A stretch of 56,532 nucleotides of DNA from Ferroacidibacillus organovorans (GCF_001642725.1 NZ_LSUQ01000005.1:62001-118532); one strand, 5' to 3'; counted from the stretch's first letter, positions 1-10,374 are shown. The notes: generated by a model not told the origin, from the letters alone. Numbers and translations: made by a program.

Positions 1-146
1 CGGCAGAGTCTGACCCGGCAGAAAACAAGATCTCCAATGAGAGTCCAGTTGGGCGGGCGCTCCTTGGAAAATCGGTCGGGTCGACGGTTGAAGTCACCGT
101 ACCCGCGGGAACCATTCAGTACGAGGTTCTCGATATTCGGAAGTGA
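1..146 (+). CDS. greA: Transcription elongation factor GreA, C-terminal part (5' end outside window)
   Basis: Frame from nt 3 reads [47 protein letters not shown], the Gre-factor ISxxSPxGxALLG motif; sits directly upstream of lysS as in many Bacillota. Confidence 0.93.
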   Translation, partial: AESDPAENKISNESPVGRALLGKSVGSTVEVTVPAGTIQYEVLDIRK

Positions 147-150
147 CCGT

Positions 151-180
151 GAGGACGCCGATTCGTCGGCGTCTCTTTTT
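151..180 (+). terminator. Intrinsic terminator after greA
   Basis: GACGCCGA-ttcg-TCGGCGTC stem-loop followed by tcttttt. Confidence 0.75.
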
Positions 181-205
181 CGATGAATTGATTGGAACAT
201 TTTGA

Positions 206-1789
<1,584 letters not shown>

Positions 1790-1798
1790 AGGTGTCAC

Positions 1799-3127
1799 AT
1801 GACGTTATCGAGGATTGGGCATCGCAGAGAAATGAAAAAGGGGCGAGAAAAGCTCCCGTCACTTGCGCAGTTTTTTCGAACCTCAGAGGGTAAACCGATC
1901 GGCAGCTTGCGTTCGCGCCACTCGACTCAATACGTGCTCTCTTCGCAGGAAGTTCCAGTCAGTGGACTCGCGTTTACGTATTGGCTTACTGCCGTTTGGC
2001 AGAGGCAGTTAGGCAAGCGTGTGGAACACGGATTTCCGTTTCGCACGGTAGGTGAACTTCCGATGGACCTCGATCCACAAGGATTGTCTCTGGTGGAGCT
2101 TCCCGGTCTTCGCACACAGTACCGACGTACGCTTGATGCGTATCGTCGCACCTATGAAAGTGTGGGTGTGTCAGGATTGAAACGGCGTTCTGGCGCACGC
2201 CGCGCAGATGATCACAAGGATGTGCTCGACGCGTATCTGGCGATTCATTTTGGGGATCGACTGGCTCGTCGCTACGATTACATTCGCGGTTTGAAACGTC
2301 CGATCTTAGAAGACTGTGCAGCGTTTGCCTGGTACGGCGCGGTTTCTGTAGAGGGAATTGCGCGAGAAGAAGTGGCGCGCGGCGATTTGCTAGAGCGGAT
2401 TAAGCAGGATATCACGCGCCTTGCAGGAGAATACGTTGCGGATGTAAAGGATGTGCGTGAACTTGCTGTCCATCACGCCATCCCTTTTGGCGCGGCTCTC
2501 GGACAGCCAGGGGCGGCTGTGGATGCTGTGATGGATGGGCGAATGCTAGAAGTGAAGACAGCGCGTCATCTCGCGGTGGAGGGGGCGTGTGATCAACTTT
2601 TTTCCTATTATCTACTCGAGCAACTTGAGCGCGATGATCGCTCCGTGGAAACGCTCTCCTTCTATTTGGCGCGCCACGGTTGCTACGTGACAGCAAGTGT
2701 AGCGGAGATTCGCGAATCGTTTCCAGTGGATGCATTTTTTAGACTTCTGCTGGAAGCGGAACGTGCACATGTTGATCGGGTGCTCGAGCAATCCTTCACT
2801 GCCTTCTGTGAGCATCAGCGGGTGGCTGCCGGCGTGCGCGCCTGGGAGAAGGAAGATGAGATTGTCAGCATTGGGAGGCGCTATGAGCGGGCGGGACGAA
2901 TCGGGGTCACGGAGATTGCAGCCGTGCGTGCTGTGCCGGATGTTCTGAATGTATCGTTTGAGCAGGGGGACGATCGAGTGCTGGCGGGACGCATTCGCCA
3001 AATTGCGGAGGCGGATCGTCTCGAAGCGCAGTGGGAGATTGCGTATGAGATGCGCCGAGAAACGTATCTTCGCCAGTCTGCACAGTTGGCATTGCTCGAA
3101 GAAAAGGCACACGAGCGTGGAGTGTAA
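1799..3127 (+). CDS. Hypothetical protein with PD-(D/E)XK nuclease-like motif
   Basis: 442-aa ORF with GAGGTG RBS, 9 nt after the lysS stop; contains AVDAVMDGRMLEVKT...DQLFSYYLL (D..E-x-K plus QxxxY of RecB-like nucleases). Confidence 0.65.
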   Translation: MTLSRIGHRREMKKGREKLPSLAQFFRTSEGKPIGSLRSRHSTQYVLSSQEVPVSGLAFTYWLTAVWQRQLGKRVEHGFPFRTVGELPMDLDPQGLSLVELPGLRTQYRRTLDAYRRTYESVGVSGLKRRSGARRADDHKDVLDAYLAIHFGDRLARRYDYIRGLKRPILEDCAAFAWYGAVSVEGIAREEVARGDLLERIKQDITRLAGEYVADVKDVRELAVHHAIPFGAALGQPGAAVDAVMDGRMLEVKTARHLAVEGACDQLFSYYLLEQLERDDRSVETLSFYLARHGCYVTASVAEIRESFPVDAFFRLLLEAERAHVDRVLEQSFTAFCEHQRVAAGVRAWEKEDEIVSIGRRYERAGRIGVTEIAAVRAVPDVLNVSFEQGDDRVLAGRIRQIAEADRLEAQWEIAYEMRRETYLRQSAQLALLEEKAHERGV

Positions 3128-3181
3128 ATTACATATTGCAACTTTCGGCGTTCTCTGATAAAATTTATTTCTATTCAATTC

Positions 3182-3210
3182 TTGCCTTTCTGGATTGGCT
3201 ACGTTATAAT
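3182..3210 (+). promoter_or_regulatory. Sigma-A promoter of tRNA operon
   Basis: TTGCCT-17 nt-TATAAT with an AT-rich UP-like tract upstream. Confidence 0.85.
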
Positions 3211-3222
3211 ACTTTTTGTTGC

Positions 3223-3297
3223 GCGGAAGTGGCTCAGGGGTAGAGCATCGCCTTGCCAAGGCGAGGGTCGCGGGTTCGAATCCCGTCTTCCGCTCCA
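3223..3297 (+). tRNA. tRNA-Gly (GCC)
   Basis: Cloverleaf GCGGAAG...TCGCC-ttGCCaa-GGCGA...GTTCGAATC...CCA. Confidence 0.97.
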
Positions 3298-3302
3298 TTG
3301 AT

Positions 3303-3379
<77 letters not shown>

Positions 3380-3388
3380 GGAAATTGT

Positions 3389-3465
3389 GTGCCCGTAGCT
3401 CAGCTGGATAGAGTACTTGACTACGAATCAAGGGGTCGGGAGTTCGAATCTCTCCGGGCACGCCA
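3389..3465 (+). tRNA. tRNA-Arg (ACG)
   Basis: CTTGA-ctACGaa-TCAAG anticodon arm, T-loop GTTCGAA, encoded CCA. Confidence 0.97.
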
Positions 3466-3474
3466 TATTTATGT

Positions 3475-3548
3475 GCGGGTGTAGTTCAATGGTAGAACTT
3501 CAGCCTTCCAAGCTGATAGCACGGGTTCGATTCCCGTCACCCGCTCCA
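3475..3548 (+). tRNA. tRNA-Gly (TCC)
   Basis: TCAGC-ctTCCaa-GCTGA anticodon arm, GCGGGTG acceptor stem, encoded CCA. Confidence 0.97.
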
Positions 3549-3560
3549 AACGAAAGAAAT

Positions 3561-3599
3561 AGGCCGTCTTAGACTAAAAGAGATCTAAGGCGGCTTTTT
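3561..3599 (+). terminator. Terminator of tRNA operon
   Basis: GGCCGTCTTAGA...TCTAAGGCGGCT stem followed by a T-run. Confidence 0.8.
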
Positions 3600-3618
3600 G
3601 CTGTACGGGGGTGATACT

Positions 3619-4002
3619 GTGACTTCTGATGAGCAGCAAGTTGTAGAACAGGTCGTTCGTCAATTGGTTGATACATTCCCGATAGAACGAATCGTATGAT
3701 TTGGTTCCCGTGCACGGGGCGATGCGGATATTGATAACGATTATGACTTTCTGATAATCATGGACACCGACGTTAAACCTTCAAGGCGTGCATTAATGGT
3801 TCGCCAAAAAGAACTTGTCACTGGAGTGCCAATGGATTTTATGGTGCGTACACCTGATGAATGGCAGCGTGGGTTTCCCTTGAAAAAGGAGATTGTTGCC
3901 GAAGGGAAGATCATCTATTGCCCTAACCGGGGGGCTTTTTTGCTTGCCTACGCGACAACAGCCCCCACGCTGGGTAGATTGCGCATAATTATTTGTGCTT
4001 GA
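3619..4002 (+). pseudogene. Minimal nucleotidyltransferase (MNT, HEPN-MNT antitoxin type) interrupted by in-frame TGA
   Basis: GTG start after a GGGGGTG RBS; reads MTSDEQQVVEQVVRQLVDTFPIERIV*FGSRARGDADIDNDYDFLIIMD...GKIIY; GS..DxD motif intact, TGA at 3697-3699. Confidence 0.8.
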
Positions 4003-4090
4003 CGTTATATGATTGAAAAAATAAAGGCGCGAGAGAAATCATCGTTCTCGCGCCGCACACAGCTCTAGTCTATACCATGTGATGCCGCAG

Positions 4091-4306
4091 CTACTTGTTG
4101 CGCTCGTCCTGAGTCGCTGTCGCTTCCCCAACGCGTTCTCCGACTTTGTTGCCCAAAGCTCCGCCTGCTACGGCGCCAGCAATTGTGCCTAACGGTCCAA
4201 GGACGGATCCTACTGCAGCTCCGGTCGCAACACCGCCTACTGTACCTACGGCTTCACCAGTCCTATGGGAACCTTTTCGATTTCGCTCGTTGTTTTCGGT
4301 CACCAT
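4091..4306 (-). CDS. Small glycine-zipper protein
   Basis: 71 aa with repeated GxxxG (GTVGGVATGAAVGSVLGPLGTIAGAVAGGALG); GGGGGTGAG RBS. Confidence 0.8.
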   Translation of the reverse strand: MVTENNERNRKGSHRTGEAVGTVGGVATGAAVGSVLGPLGTIAGAVAGGALGNKVGERVGEATATQDERNK

Positions 4307-4370
4307 CTCACCCCCTGTTATGATTTAGATGCAAGCATAGGATTCCCAACCGACTCGCGGTTATCCTTTC

Positions 4371-4490
4371 TTATTCATTCGGCCAGATCTCCCCGATCTC
4401 CATGTTTAGCACCTTTGCAATCTTCCTCGCGTGATCTAAAGTGGGTGAACGCTTTTGCTGCACGATCTCATTCACTGTCCCTTGAGTCGA
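4371..4490 (-). pseudogene. Truncated XRE/Cro-C1 HTH regulator (C-terminal half only)
   Basis: TQGTVNEIVQQKRSPTLDHARKIAKVLNMEIGEIWPNE* matches XRE helices 3-5; no N-terminal half or start. Confidence 0.6.
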
Positions 4491-4494
4491 TCGA

Positions 4495-4851
4495 GAAGAT
4501 TGATAGCATCGCAAAAGTGGATAGCTCGTCCAGGACGGTGCTGGTCGCTCCTCTGCGCTGGAATCCCAACCTACAACAAACTTAGAAATCGTGGAGCACG
4601 GTAAGCTGCTCATTGCAGCAGCATCGGGTGAACCTCTTGATGTATCTCCGCTGCAGCTTCTGCTTTTCGGGCGTTCTGTCGAAGGCTGGCATAGCGGTAC
4701 TGGTAAAGACTCGGAGGATACATTAAACTTAAGTGTGTTAACTGGTGTCCACCCACGCATTGAAACCTTCCATCTCGAACAAGTGAACGAAGCATACGAA
4801 GATAGGATGTCAGGACAGGCTAGGTTTCGAGTCGTCTTGAAAATGTCGTAA
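4495..4851 (+). pseudogene. Zn-dependent alcohol dehydrogenase remnant with internal deletion
   Basis: One frame gives SLLCAGIPTYNKLRNRGAR (ADH PLLCAG motif); another frame gives the C-terminus GKLLIAAASGEP...IETFHLEQVNEAYEDRMSGQARFRVVL; the Rossmann segment is missing. Confidence 0.75.
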
Positions 4852-5002
4852 CCCAGATGCAGATCTCGTTTCCCCGAGTGAGTTTTCTGCTCGGGGAAAC
4901 TGGATTCAGATCGCAAAGACATCGGGGGATGAGGATATCCGTTATCAATACCTCATTGATTTGTTGATTCAATTTTTCCAATGAAATGGGGAGGAAATCA
5001 CC

Positions 5003-5743
5003 ATGGTTGAAAATAAGGTTGTCGTTATCACGGGAGCCAGTAGCGGTATTGGACAGGCTACGGCAGCGCGTCTGGCACAAGGTGGAGCGAAGGTTGTTTT
5101 ATCCGCACGAAGAGCGGAACGCTTGGCAGAGACGGTGCACAAAATTACACAAGCTGGTGGGATGGCCAGCTATTTTAGTGCAGATGTTACATCGATGGAG
5201 GACGTTCAAGCTTTGGCGGAGTTTGCCTTGAAGACGTACGGAACAATTGATGTCTGGGTAAATAATGCGGGGCTCATGCCTCTCTCGTTTTTAAATAAAC
5301 GTAAGATTGACGAGTGGGATCAAATGGTAGACGTAAATATTAAAGGCGTTCTTTATGGTATTGCAGCTGCAATACCCATCATGGAGAGGCATCAAAGTGG
5401 CCATATCATCAATGTCTCTTCTGTCGCAGGCCATCGAGTTGGGATGGCAGGGGCAGTATACAGTGGAACGAAGTTTGCAGTTCGAGCCATTACAGAGGGT
5501 CTCCGTATGGAGTTGTCACCAACCTCTAATATTCGCGCGACCATTATCTCGCCCGGATTGGTAGAAACGGAGTTGCTGACGACGATTACCGATGAAGATG
5601 CGTTATCTGCATTGAAGTCTCGAGGTGCGGCACAGGCATTGCAATCAGGTGACATTGCAAACGCAATCTTCTATGCGATTGACCAACCGGAACGGGTGTC
5701 CGTCAATGAAATTCTCGTTCGACCGACCACTCAACCGTCGTAA
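5003..5743 (+). CDS. SDR family oxidoreductase
   Basis: TGASSGIG, NNAG and YSGTK (YxxxK) motifs; GGAGG RBS. Confidence 0.95.
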   Translation: MVENKVVVITGASSGIGQATAARLAQGGAKVVLSARRAERLAETVHKITQAGGMASYFSADVTSMEDVQALAEFALKTYGTIDVWVNNAGLMPLSFLNKRKIDEWDQMVDVNIKGVLYGIAAAIPIMERHQSGHIINVSSVAGHRVGMAGAVYSGTKFAVRAITEGLRMELSPTSNIRATIISPGLVETELLTTITDEDALSALKSRGAAQALQSGDIANAIFYAIDQPERVSVNEILVRPTTQPS

Positions 5744-5815
5744 TTGCTTTGTTTCCCAAAACCGACCATCACAATTGAGGGCAGGGAAAGACAAATTCAA
5801 ATCTGAGGTGACGAA

Positions 5816-6535
5816 ATGAGTTTGCATGGGAAAATTGCATTAATAACAGGAGCAGGAAAAGGGATTGGCAAAGCCATCGCTGTGAAACTTGCGTCTGAAG
5901 GTGTTCATCTTGGACTCCTTGCAAGGACACGTACAGATATTGAGTCCTTAGCAAATACGCTTCAGAAGTCATATGACGTTCGTGTTAGTGTGGCTACTGC
6001 TGACGTGTCGAATCGCACAGAGGTGGAATCAGCTATTGAAGTATTGAGCAAGGATTTGGGGCCGATTGACATTCTCATAAACAACGCTGGGACTGCGAAG
6101 TTTGGTTCCGTTGCTGAAATGAATCCGGATGATTGGGAACACATCGTCAAAGTAAACTTGTTTGGGACCTACTATGTGACACGTACTGTACTGCCGGACA
6201 TGATGAGGCGGAATACAGGAAATATTATCAATGTCAGTTCTACGGCGGGTCAGCGAGGAAACGCAACAACATCAGCATATTCCGCATCCAAATTCGGCGT
6301 TATCGGATTTACAGAATCACTGATGCAGGAAGCGCGTAAATCCAATATTCGTGTGACGGCACTGACCCCGAGTACCGTGAATACAGAACTTGCTTCGAAC
6401 ATTGGACTGAAGGTTGGCGATGAAGACCGCATGATGCAACCAGAGGATGTGGCGGATCTTGTGCTTTCCATCTTGAAACTTCCACAACGGGTGTTCGTCA
6501 ATCAAGCTGGAATTTGGACTACGAATCCACAGTGA
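5816..6535 (+). CDS. SDR family 3-ketoacyl-ACP reductase-like (YoxD-like)
   Basis: TGAGKGIG, NNAG, YSASK motifs and C-terminal IWTTNPQ. Confidence 0.93.
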   Translation: MSLHGKIALITGAGKGIGKAIAVKLASEGVHLGLLARTRTDIESLANTLQKSYDVRVSVATADVSNRTEVESAIEVLSKDLGPIDILINNAGTAKFGSVAEMNPDDWEHIVKVNLFGTYYVTRTVLPDMMRRNTGNIINVSSTAGQRGNATTSAYSASKFGVIGFTESLMQEARKSNIRVTALTPSTVNTELASNIGLKVGDEDRMMQPEDVADLVLSILKLPQRVFVNQAGIWTTNPQ

Positions 6536-6643
6536 TTCCTTGGTTTCGCGTGCTTCTAGTGTATCTGATTGGTGGCGGAAATCCACCCTGGGTTAGACGG
6601 CGCTCTTCCTATCGAAGGGGCAGGCGAAGGTATCCTCGGCTAT

Positions 6644-6679
6644 AAAAAATAAAAAAGGCACTCCTCGAAAGAGGAGTGC
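6644..6679 (-). terminator. Intrinsic terminator on minus strand with no upstream ORF (candidate sRNA end)
   Basis: GCACTCCTC-tttc-GAGGAGTGC stem followed by a long T-run on the minus strand. Confidence 0.7.
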
Positions 6680-6789
6680 AAGGATCTAGAGGGGGTAATC
6701 ATCAACGAGATTTAGCTTAGCAGTGAATGCTTGAAAGTACCTTTAACCTATTATTTTGTGCGATCAAATAGAATACGGCGTTTTTCATC

Positions 6790-6811
6790 TGAATATTATT
6801 CATAATATTCA
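6790..6811. promoter_or_regulatory. Palindromic operator upstream of acyl-CoA ligase
   Basis: TGAATATTAT-tc-ATAATATTCA, a perfect 10-bp inverted repeat 19 nt before the ATG. Confidence 0.6.
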
Positions 6812-6830
6812 ACCTAAACGGAGGAACGCC

Positions 6831-8495
6831 ATGCTGACAAACCATTTTCGCCATTGGCCTAACCGGGTTCCGTTCAAGCTCACAGTCCCCGAGACAACGC
6901 TTTATGACAATCTCGCGGTGTCAGCCCGACGCTATCCAAACAAAGCGGCCATTCATTACTATGGCGCGACCCTCACGTATCGGCAACTGAAAGAGCAGGT
7001 TGACCATCTGGCTGGTTACTTGCGACACGTGTGCCAAGTCAGAAGAGAGGATCGCGTGGTTCTTTACATGCAGAATTCACCGCAGTATGTCATCGCATTT
7101 CATGCGATTCTGCGCGCGGGCGGGGTTGTCGTGCCTGTGAATCCGATGAACCTTACAGACGAATTGGCCTTTTACTTCGAAGACAGCCGCGCGTCCACCG
7201 CTGTTGTTGGACAAGAATTATACCCTCGCATCGCGCCACTTCACAACGCAGGAGATTTAGCTTATGTGATTTGTGTGGCCTATTCAGATGTTCTTCCCGC
7301 TTCATCTGCGTACGAGTTACCGGAGGAGGTAAAGGCGGACGCTCAGCGCGAATTCACGGCATCCGTTGCACTGTGGAGACAAGTGCTTGAACAAAAGTTG
7401 GATCCCGGGCCAGAGATCGGGGCAGCAGATGATCTCGCGGTGCTTCCTTACACATCAGGAACCACTGGACGTCCCAAAGGATGCATGCATACGCATCGCA
7501 CGGTGCAGGCCAACGTGTTGGGTGCAGCTCATTGGTTTGGCGCAACGGCAGACGGTGTCATCTTGACGACACTGCCGCTGTTTCACGTAACTGGGATGGT
7601 TCACAGCATGCTCCTATCCGTTTATACGGGTGCGACCATGGTGATCATGACACGCTGGAATCGAGAAGTGGCGGCGCAGCTTATCGAGCGCTTAGGGTGT
7701 ACACACTGGACCAACATCGCAACGATGGTCATTGACTTTTTAGGGAATCAGAACCTGGATCAATTCAACCTGTCCTCTCTTGCGGTCATCGGCGGAGGCG
7801 GCGCTACGCTCCCTGAAGCCGTCGGTGAACAACTGCTCAAACGCACTGGGCTTCGCTATGTGGAAGGGTATGGTCTGTCCGAGACGATTTCGCAAACCCA
7901 CTTTAATCCACCTGACCGTCCGAAGATGCAGTGTATGGGCGTACCGTCGTTTGCGGTCGATGCGCGTGTGATCGACCCTGAGACAATGCGTGAGTGTGGG
8001 CCTCATGAAGAAGGAGAAGTCATCGTTTGCGGGCCGCAGGTTTTCCTCGGTTATTGGCAGCGCCCGGACGAGAATCAAAAGGCCTTTATAGAATGGGATG
8101 GGAAGCGGTTTTTTTGCACAGGCGATATCGCAAGGTATGACGATGAAGGTTACTTTTTTATGGTAGATCGCGTGAAACGAATGATCAATGCCTCTGGGTT
8201 TAAAGTGTGGCCGACAGAAGTGGAGGCACTTCTCTACGGGCATTCGGCGATTGAACAGGCTTGTGTGATCGGCATTCCTGACGAGCGAAGGGGAGAGACC
8301 GTAAAAGCGTTCGTTGTTCTAAAGCGGGATTCAAGTTCTTCCGTTACAGCAGAAAGCATCATGGAATGGGCAAAGGATCATATGGCCGTGTACAAATGTC
8401 CAAGGGTCATCGAGTTTGTCGAACGATTGCCTGTATCGGGCAGCGGCAAGGTTTTGTGGAGAGTGCTTCAGGAGCAAGAGCAAGCAAAGCGATGA
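6831..8495 (+). CDS. Long-chain fatty acid--CoA ligase (ANL superfamily)
   Basis: YTSGTTGRPKG, EGYGLSET, TGD and DRVKRMINASG motifs; start set at ATG 6831 after GGAGG. Confidence 0.95.
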   Translation: MLTNHFRHWPNRVPFKLTVPETTLYDNLAVSARRYPNKAAIHYYGATLTYRQLKEQVDHLAGYLRHVCQVRREDRVVLYMQNSPQYVIAFHAILRAGGVVVPVNPMNLTDELAFYFEDSRASTAVVGQELYPRIAPLHNAGDLAYVICVAYSDVLPASSAYELPEEVKADAQREFTASVALWRQVLEQKLDPGPEIGAADDLAVLPYTSGTTGRPKGCMHTHRTVQANVLGAAHWFGATADGVILTTLPLFHVTGMVHSMLLSVYTGATMVIMTRWNREVAAQLIERLGCTHWTNIATMVIDFLGNQNLDQFNLSSLAVIGGGGATLPEAVGEQLLKRTGLRYVEGYGLSETISQTHFNPPDRPKMQCMGVPSFAVDARVIDPETMRECGPHEEGEVIVCGPQVFLGYWQRPDENQKAFIEWDGKRFFCTGDIARYDDEGYFFMVDRVKRMINASGFKVWPTEVEALLYGHSAIEQACVIGIPDERRGETVKAFVVLKRDSSSSVTAESIMEWAKDHMAVYKCPRVIEFVERLPVSGSGKVLWRVLQEQEQAKR

Positions 8496-8592
8496 AAAGC
8501 CTAGGAGAATGGGTGAGCGCTGTGGCGAAGATTCAAACCTAGACAGGTGCGATCCGGTTAAACGCCGCACGGCTATCAACCGGATCATTTTT

Positions 8593-9336
8593 TCACATTT
8601 GGACTTTTGTGTCGATCCGGCGTTGCAACGCGACGGAACCGATAAGAAATAAGAGCGTCCACCCCAGCAGGACAAGGATGTCCGACGCTTGGATCGATTG
8701 GCCTGCGAGGATACGCCACGCGGGATGGGCATAATGGTAGGTAGGCGTCCATTTTGCGATGGTTTGCATGACGCTTGGCAACGCCTGAATGGGTGTCCAC
8801 AGCCCGCCTAGCATGGAGGCCACCAAGTACATCAGTGTTCCAAGCGGTTGCGCCGCGTTGCCGGTCAGTCCGATGAATACGCCGAGCGCGGCAAACGGCA
8901 GGGAACCGATCCAGAGCCACAGCGTAATCGTAAGCCACTCGCCGCCAGAGAGCGAGACGTTCTGAGAGAAGTGCGCGACGAGAAAGATGCAGAGAATGAT
9001 AAGAAGAGAGAGTGTCAATTGCGTCAAGATTTTCGCGATCGCGTATCCAAAAGATGAGAGCGGAGTCGTTCGCAAATAGCGGACCCAGCCGCTCTGCCGT
9101 TCTGCGGCTAAGCGTACGCCGAGCGTATTGATCGAAGAGCCGACGACGCCAAACGATGCCATGGAGACCATAAAGTAGTGACTCCAAAATGTCCCCGCAA
9201 TTCGCAGCGCGCCACCCTGTTGATTGATAAAGACGAAATAGAAGATGACAGGCATTCCGAGTGTGAGGAGAAAAAAGCGGCGATCACGCAATGTGCGTAT
9301 GAGCTCGTATTTCCAGTAGGTCAAGGTTGCTCTCAC
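8593..9336 (-). CDS. ABC-2 type transporter permease (YvfS-like)
   Basis: Six hydrophobic segments, ER..GW.RYLRTTPL motif; GTG start overlaps the ATPase stop (GTGA). Confidence 0.9.
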   Translation of the reverse strand: MRATLTYWKYELIRTLRDRRFFLLTLGMPVIFYFVFINQQGGALRIAGTFWSHYFMVSMASFGVVGSSINTLGVRLAAERQSGWVRYLRTTPLSSFGYAIAKILTQLTLSLLIILCIFLVAHFSQNVSLSGGEWLTITLWLWIGSLPFAALGVFIGLTGNAAQPLGTLMYLVASMLGGLWTPIQALPSVMQTIAKWTPTYHYAHPAWRILAGQSIQASDILVLLGWTLLFLIGSVALQRRIDTKVQM

Positions 9337-10238
9337 TGCGATTCGCCCCCTTCCGCGGTCAAGCGCACAAACGCGTCTTCCAAGCCCCCACCGTGCACCT
9401 GAATATCCCGGATATCCCACGCCTCGAGGATGAGTGTTTTTAGCAACGCGTCCGAATTCTGCGTGCGCACGGTCACCTGCCGACCCACCGTCTGCACGTC
9501 CGTCACATCAGGAAGCATCCTGAGTCGCTCGAAATCGATGTCCGGACCCGCGACAAAGGAGACGGTGCGTCCGCCGAATTGCATCTTGATCGACTCAGGC
9601 GGTGCGTCCGCAATCACAGCGCCATTCTGCATGACGACGATGCGGTCAGCGAGCATGTCAGCCTCTTGCAGATCGTGCGTGGTCAGCATCAATGTTTTGC
9701 CTGCGCGTAAAAATGAGCGTACCTCATCCCAGAACGTCCTGCGGGATGCCACATCCATGCCGACCGTCGGCTCATCAAGAAAGAGTACGTCTGGGTCGCC
9801 AGCTAAGGCAAGCGCGAACTGAAGTCGCCTCATCTTGCCGCCAGAGAGCTTTTGCGCCATCGTTTTTTGATCTTCTGTGAGCCCGCTCACCTGCAGCAGG
9901 CGATCTGTCGGCAGTGGCTTTGGATAGAATCCGCGAAACATATCGATCGTCTCGCGCACGCTGAGGCGCGGTGGGACACTGACTTCCTGTAGCATCACAC
10001 CGATACGCTCGTGGGACGTCGCGCTTTTGGGATCACCGCTAAACAGGCATACACGACCTGATGTGGGCTTTGTCAAACCGAGCATCATCGCGATGCTTGT
10101 TGTTTTTCCGGCGCCGTTTGGCCCGAGCAGCGCTACAGAATGTCCGCGCTCCATCGCAAAGCTCATCGAATGAACGGCGCGCTTCTTACCAAACACTTTT
10201 GATACGTTTTCCATCTCGATGACCGTCGACACGCACAT
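9333..10238 (-). CDS. ABC transporter ATP-binding protein (YvfR-like)
   Basis: Walker A GPNGAGKT, LSGG signature, LFLDEP Walker B. Confidence 0.96.
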   Translation of the reverse strand: MCVSTVIEMENVSKVFGKKRAVHSMSFAMERGHSVALLGPNGAGKTTSIAMMLGLTKPTSGRVCLFSGDPKSATSHERIGVMLQEVSVPPRLSVRETIDMFRGFYPKPLPTDRLLQVSGLTEDQKTMAQKLSGGKMRRLQFALALAGDPDVLFLDEPTVGMDVASRRTFWDEVRSFLRAGKTLMLTTHDLQEADMLADRIVVMQNGAVIADAPPESIKMQFGGRTVSFVAGPDIDFERLRMLPDVTDVQTVGRQVTVRTQNSDALLKTLILEAWDIRDIQVHGGGLEDAFVRLTAEGGESQ

Positions 10239-10318
10239 TCACTCCCGCGTTCTCAGACTTCCATTATGGTACAAGTGTAGCGTGCGCGCATGGATCGCGC
10301 ATCCATCTGCAGCGTGAA

Positions 10319-10350
10319 GAGGGTCCTCTATCTGCAGATAGAGGACCCTC
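10319..10350. repeat. Perfect 32-bp palindrome between response regulator and ABC ATPase
   Basis: GAGGGTCCTCTATCTG|CAGATAGAGGACCCTC is exactly self-complementary. Confidence 0.85.
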
Positions 10351-10374
10351 GCTGCGGGAGTATTAGCAGGGCTA

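Noticed and set aside
2612..3298. 228-aa minus-strand ORF beginning MERKTGFEPATLALARR
   Set aside because: Antisense translation of tRNA-Gly and the upstream gene, a classic shadow ORF
3697..3699. In-frame TGA as selenocysteine
   Set aside because: The position corresponds to a hydrophobic residue rather than Cys, and no SECIS-like hairpin is evident; a nonsense mutation is simpler
4371..4922. 183-aa minus-strand ORF as a real full-length protein
   Set aside because: Only the last ~40 aa look like an HTH; the rest is antisense to the ADH remnant
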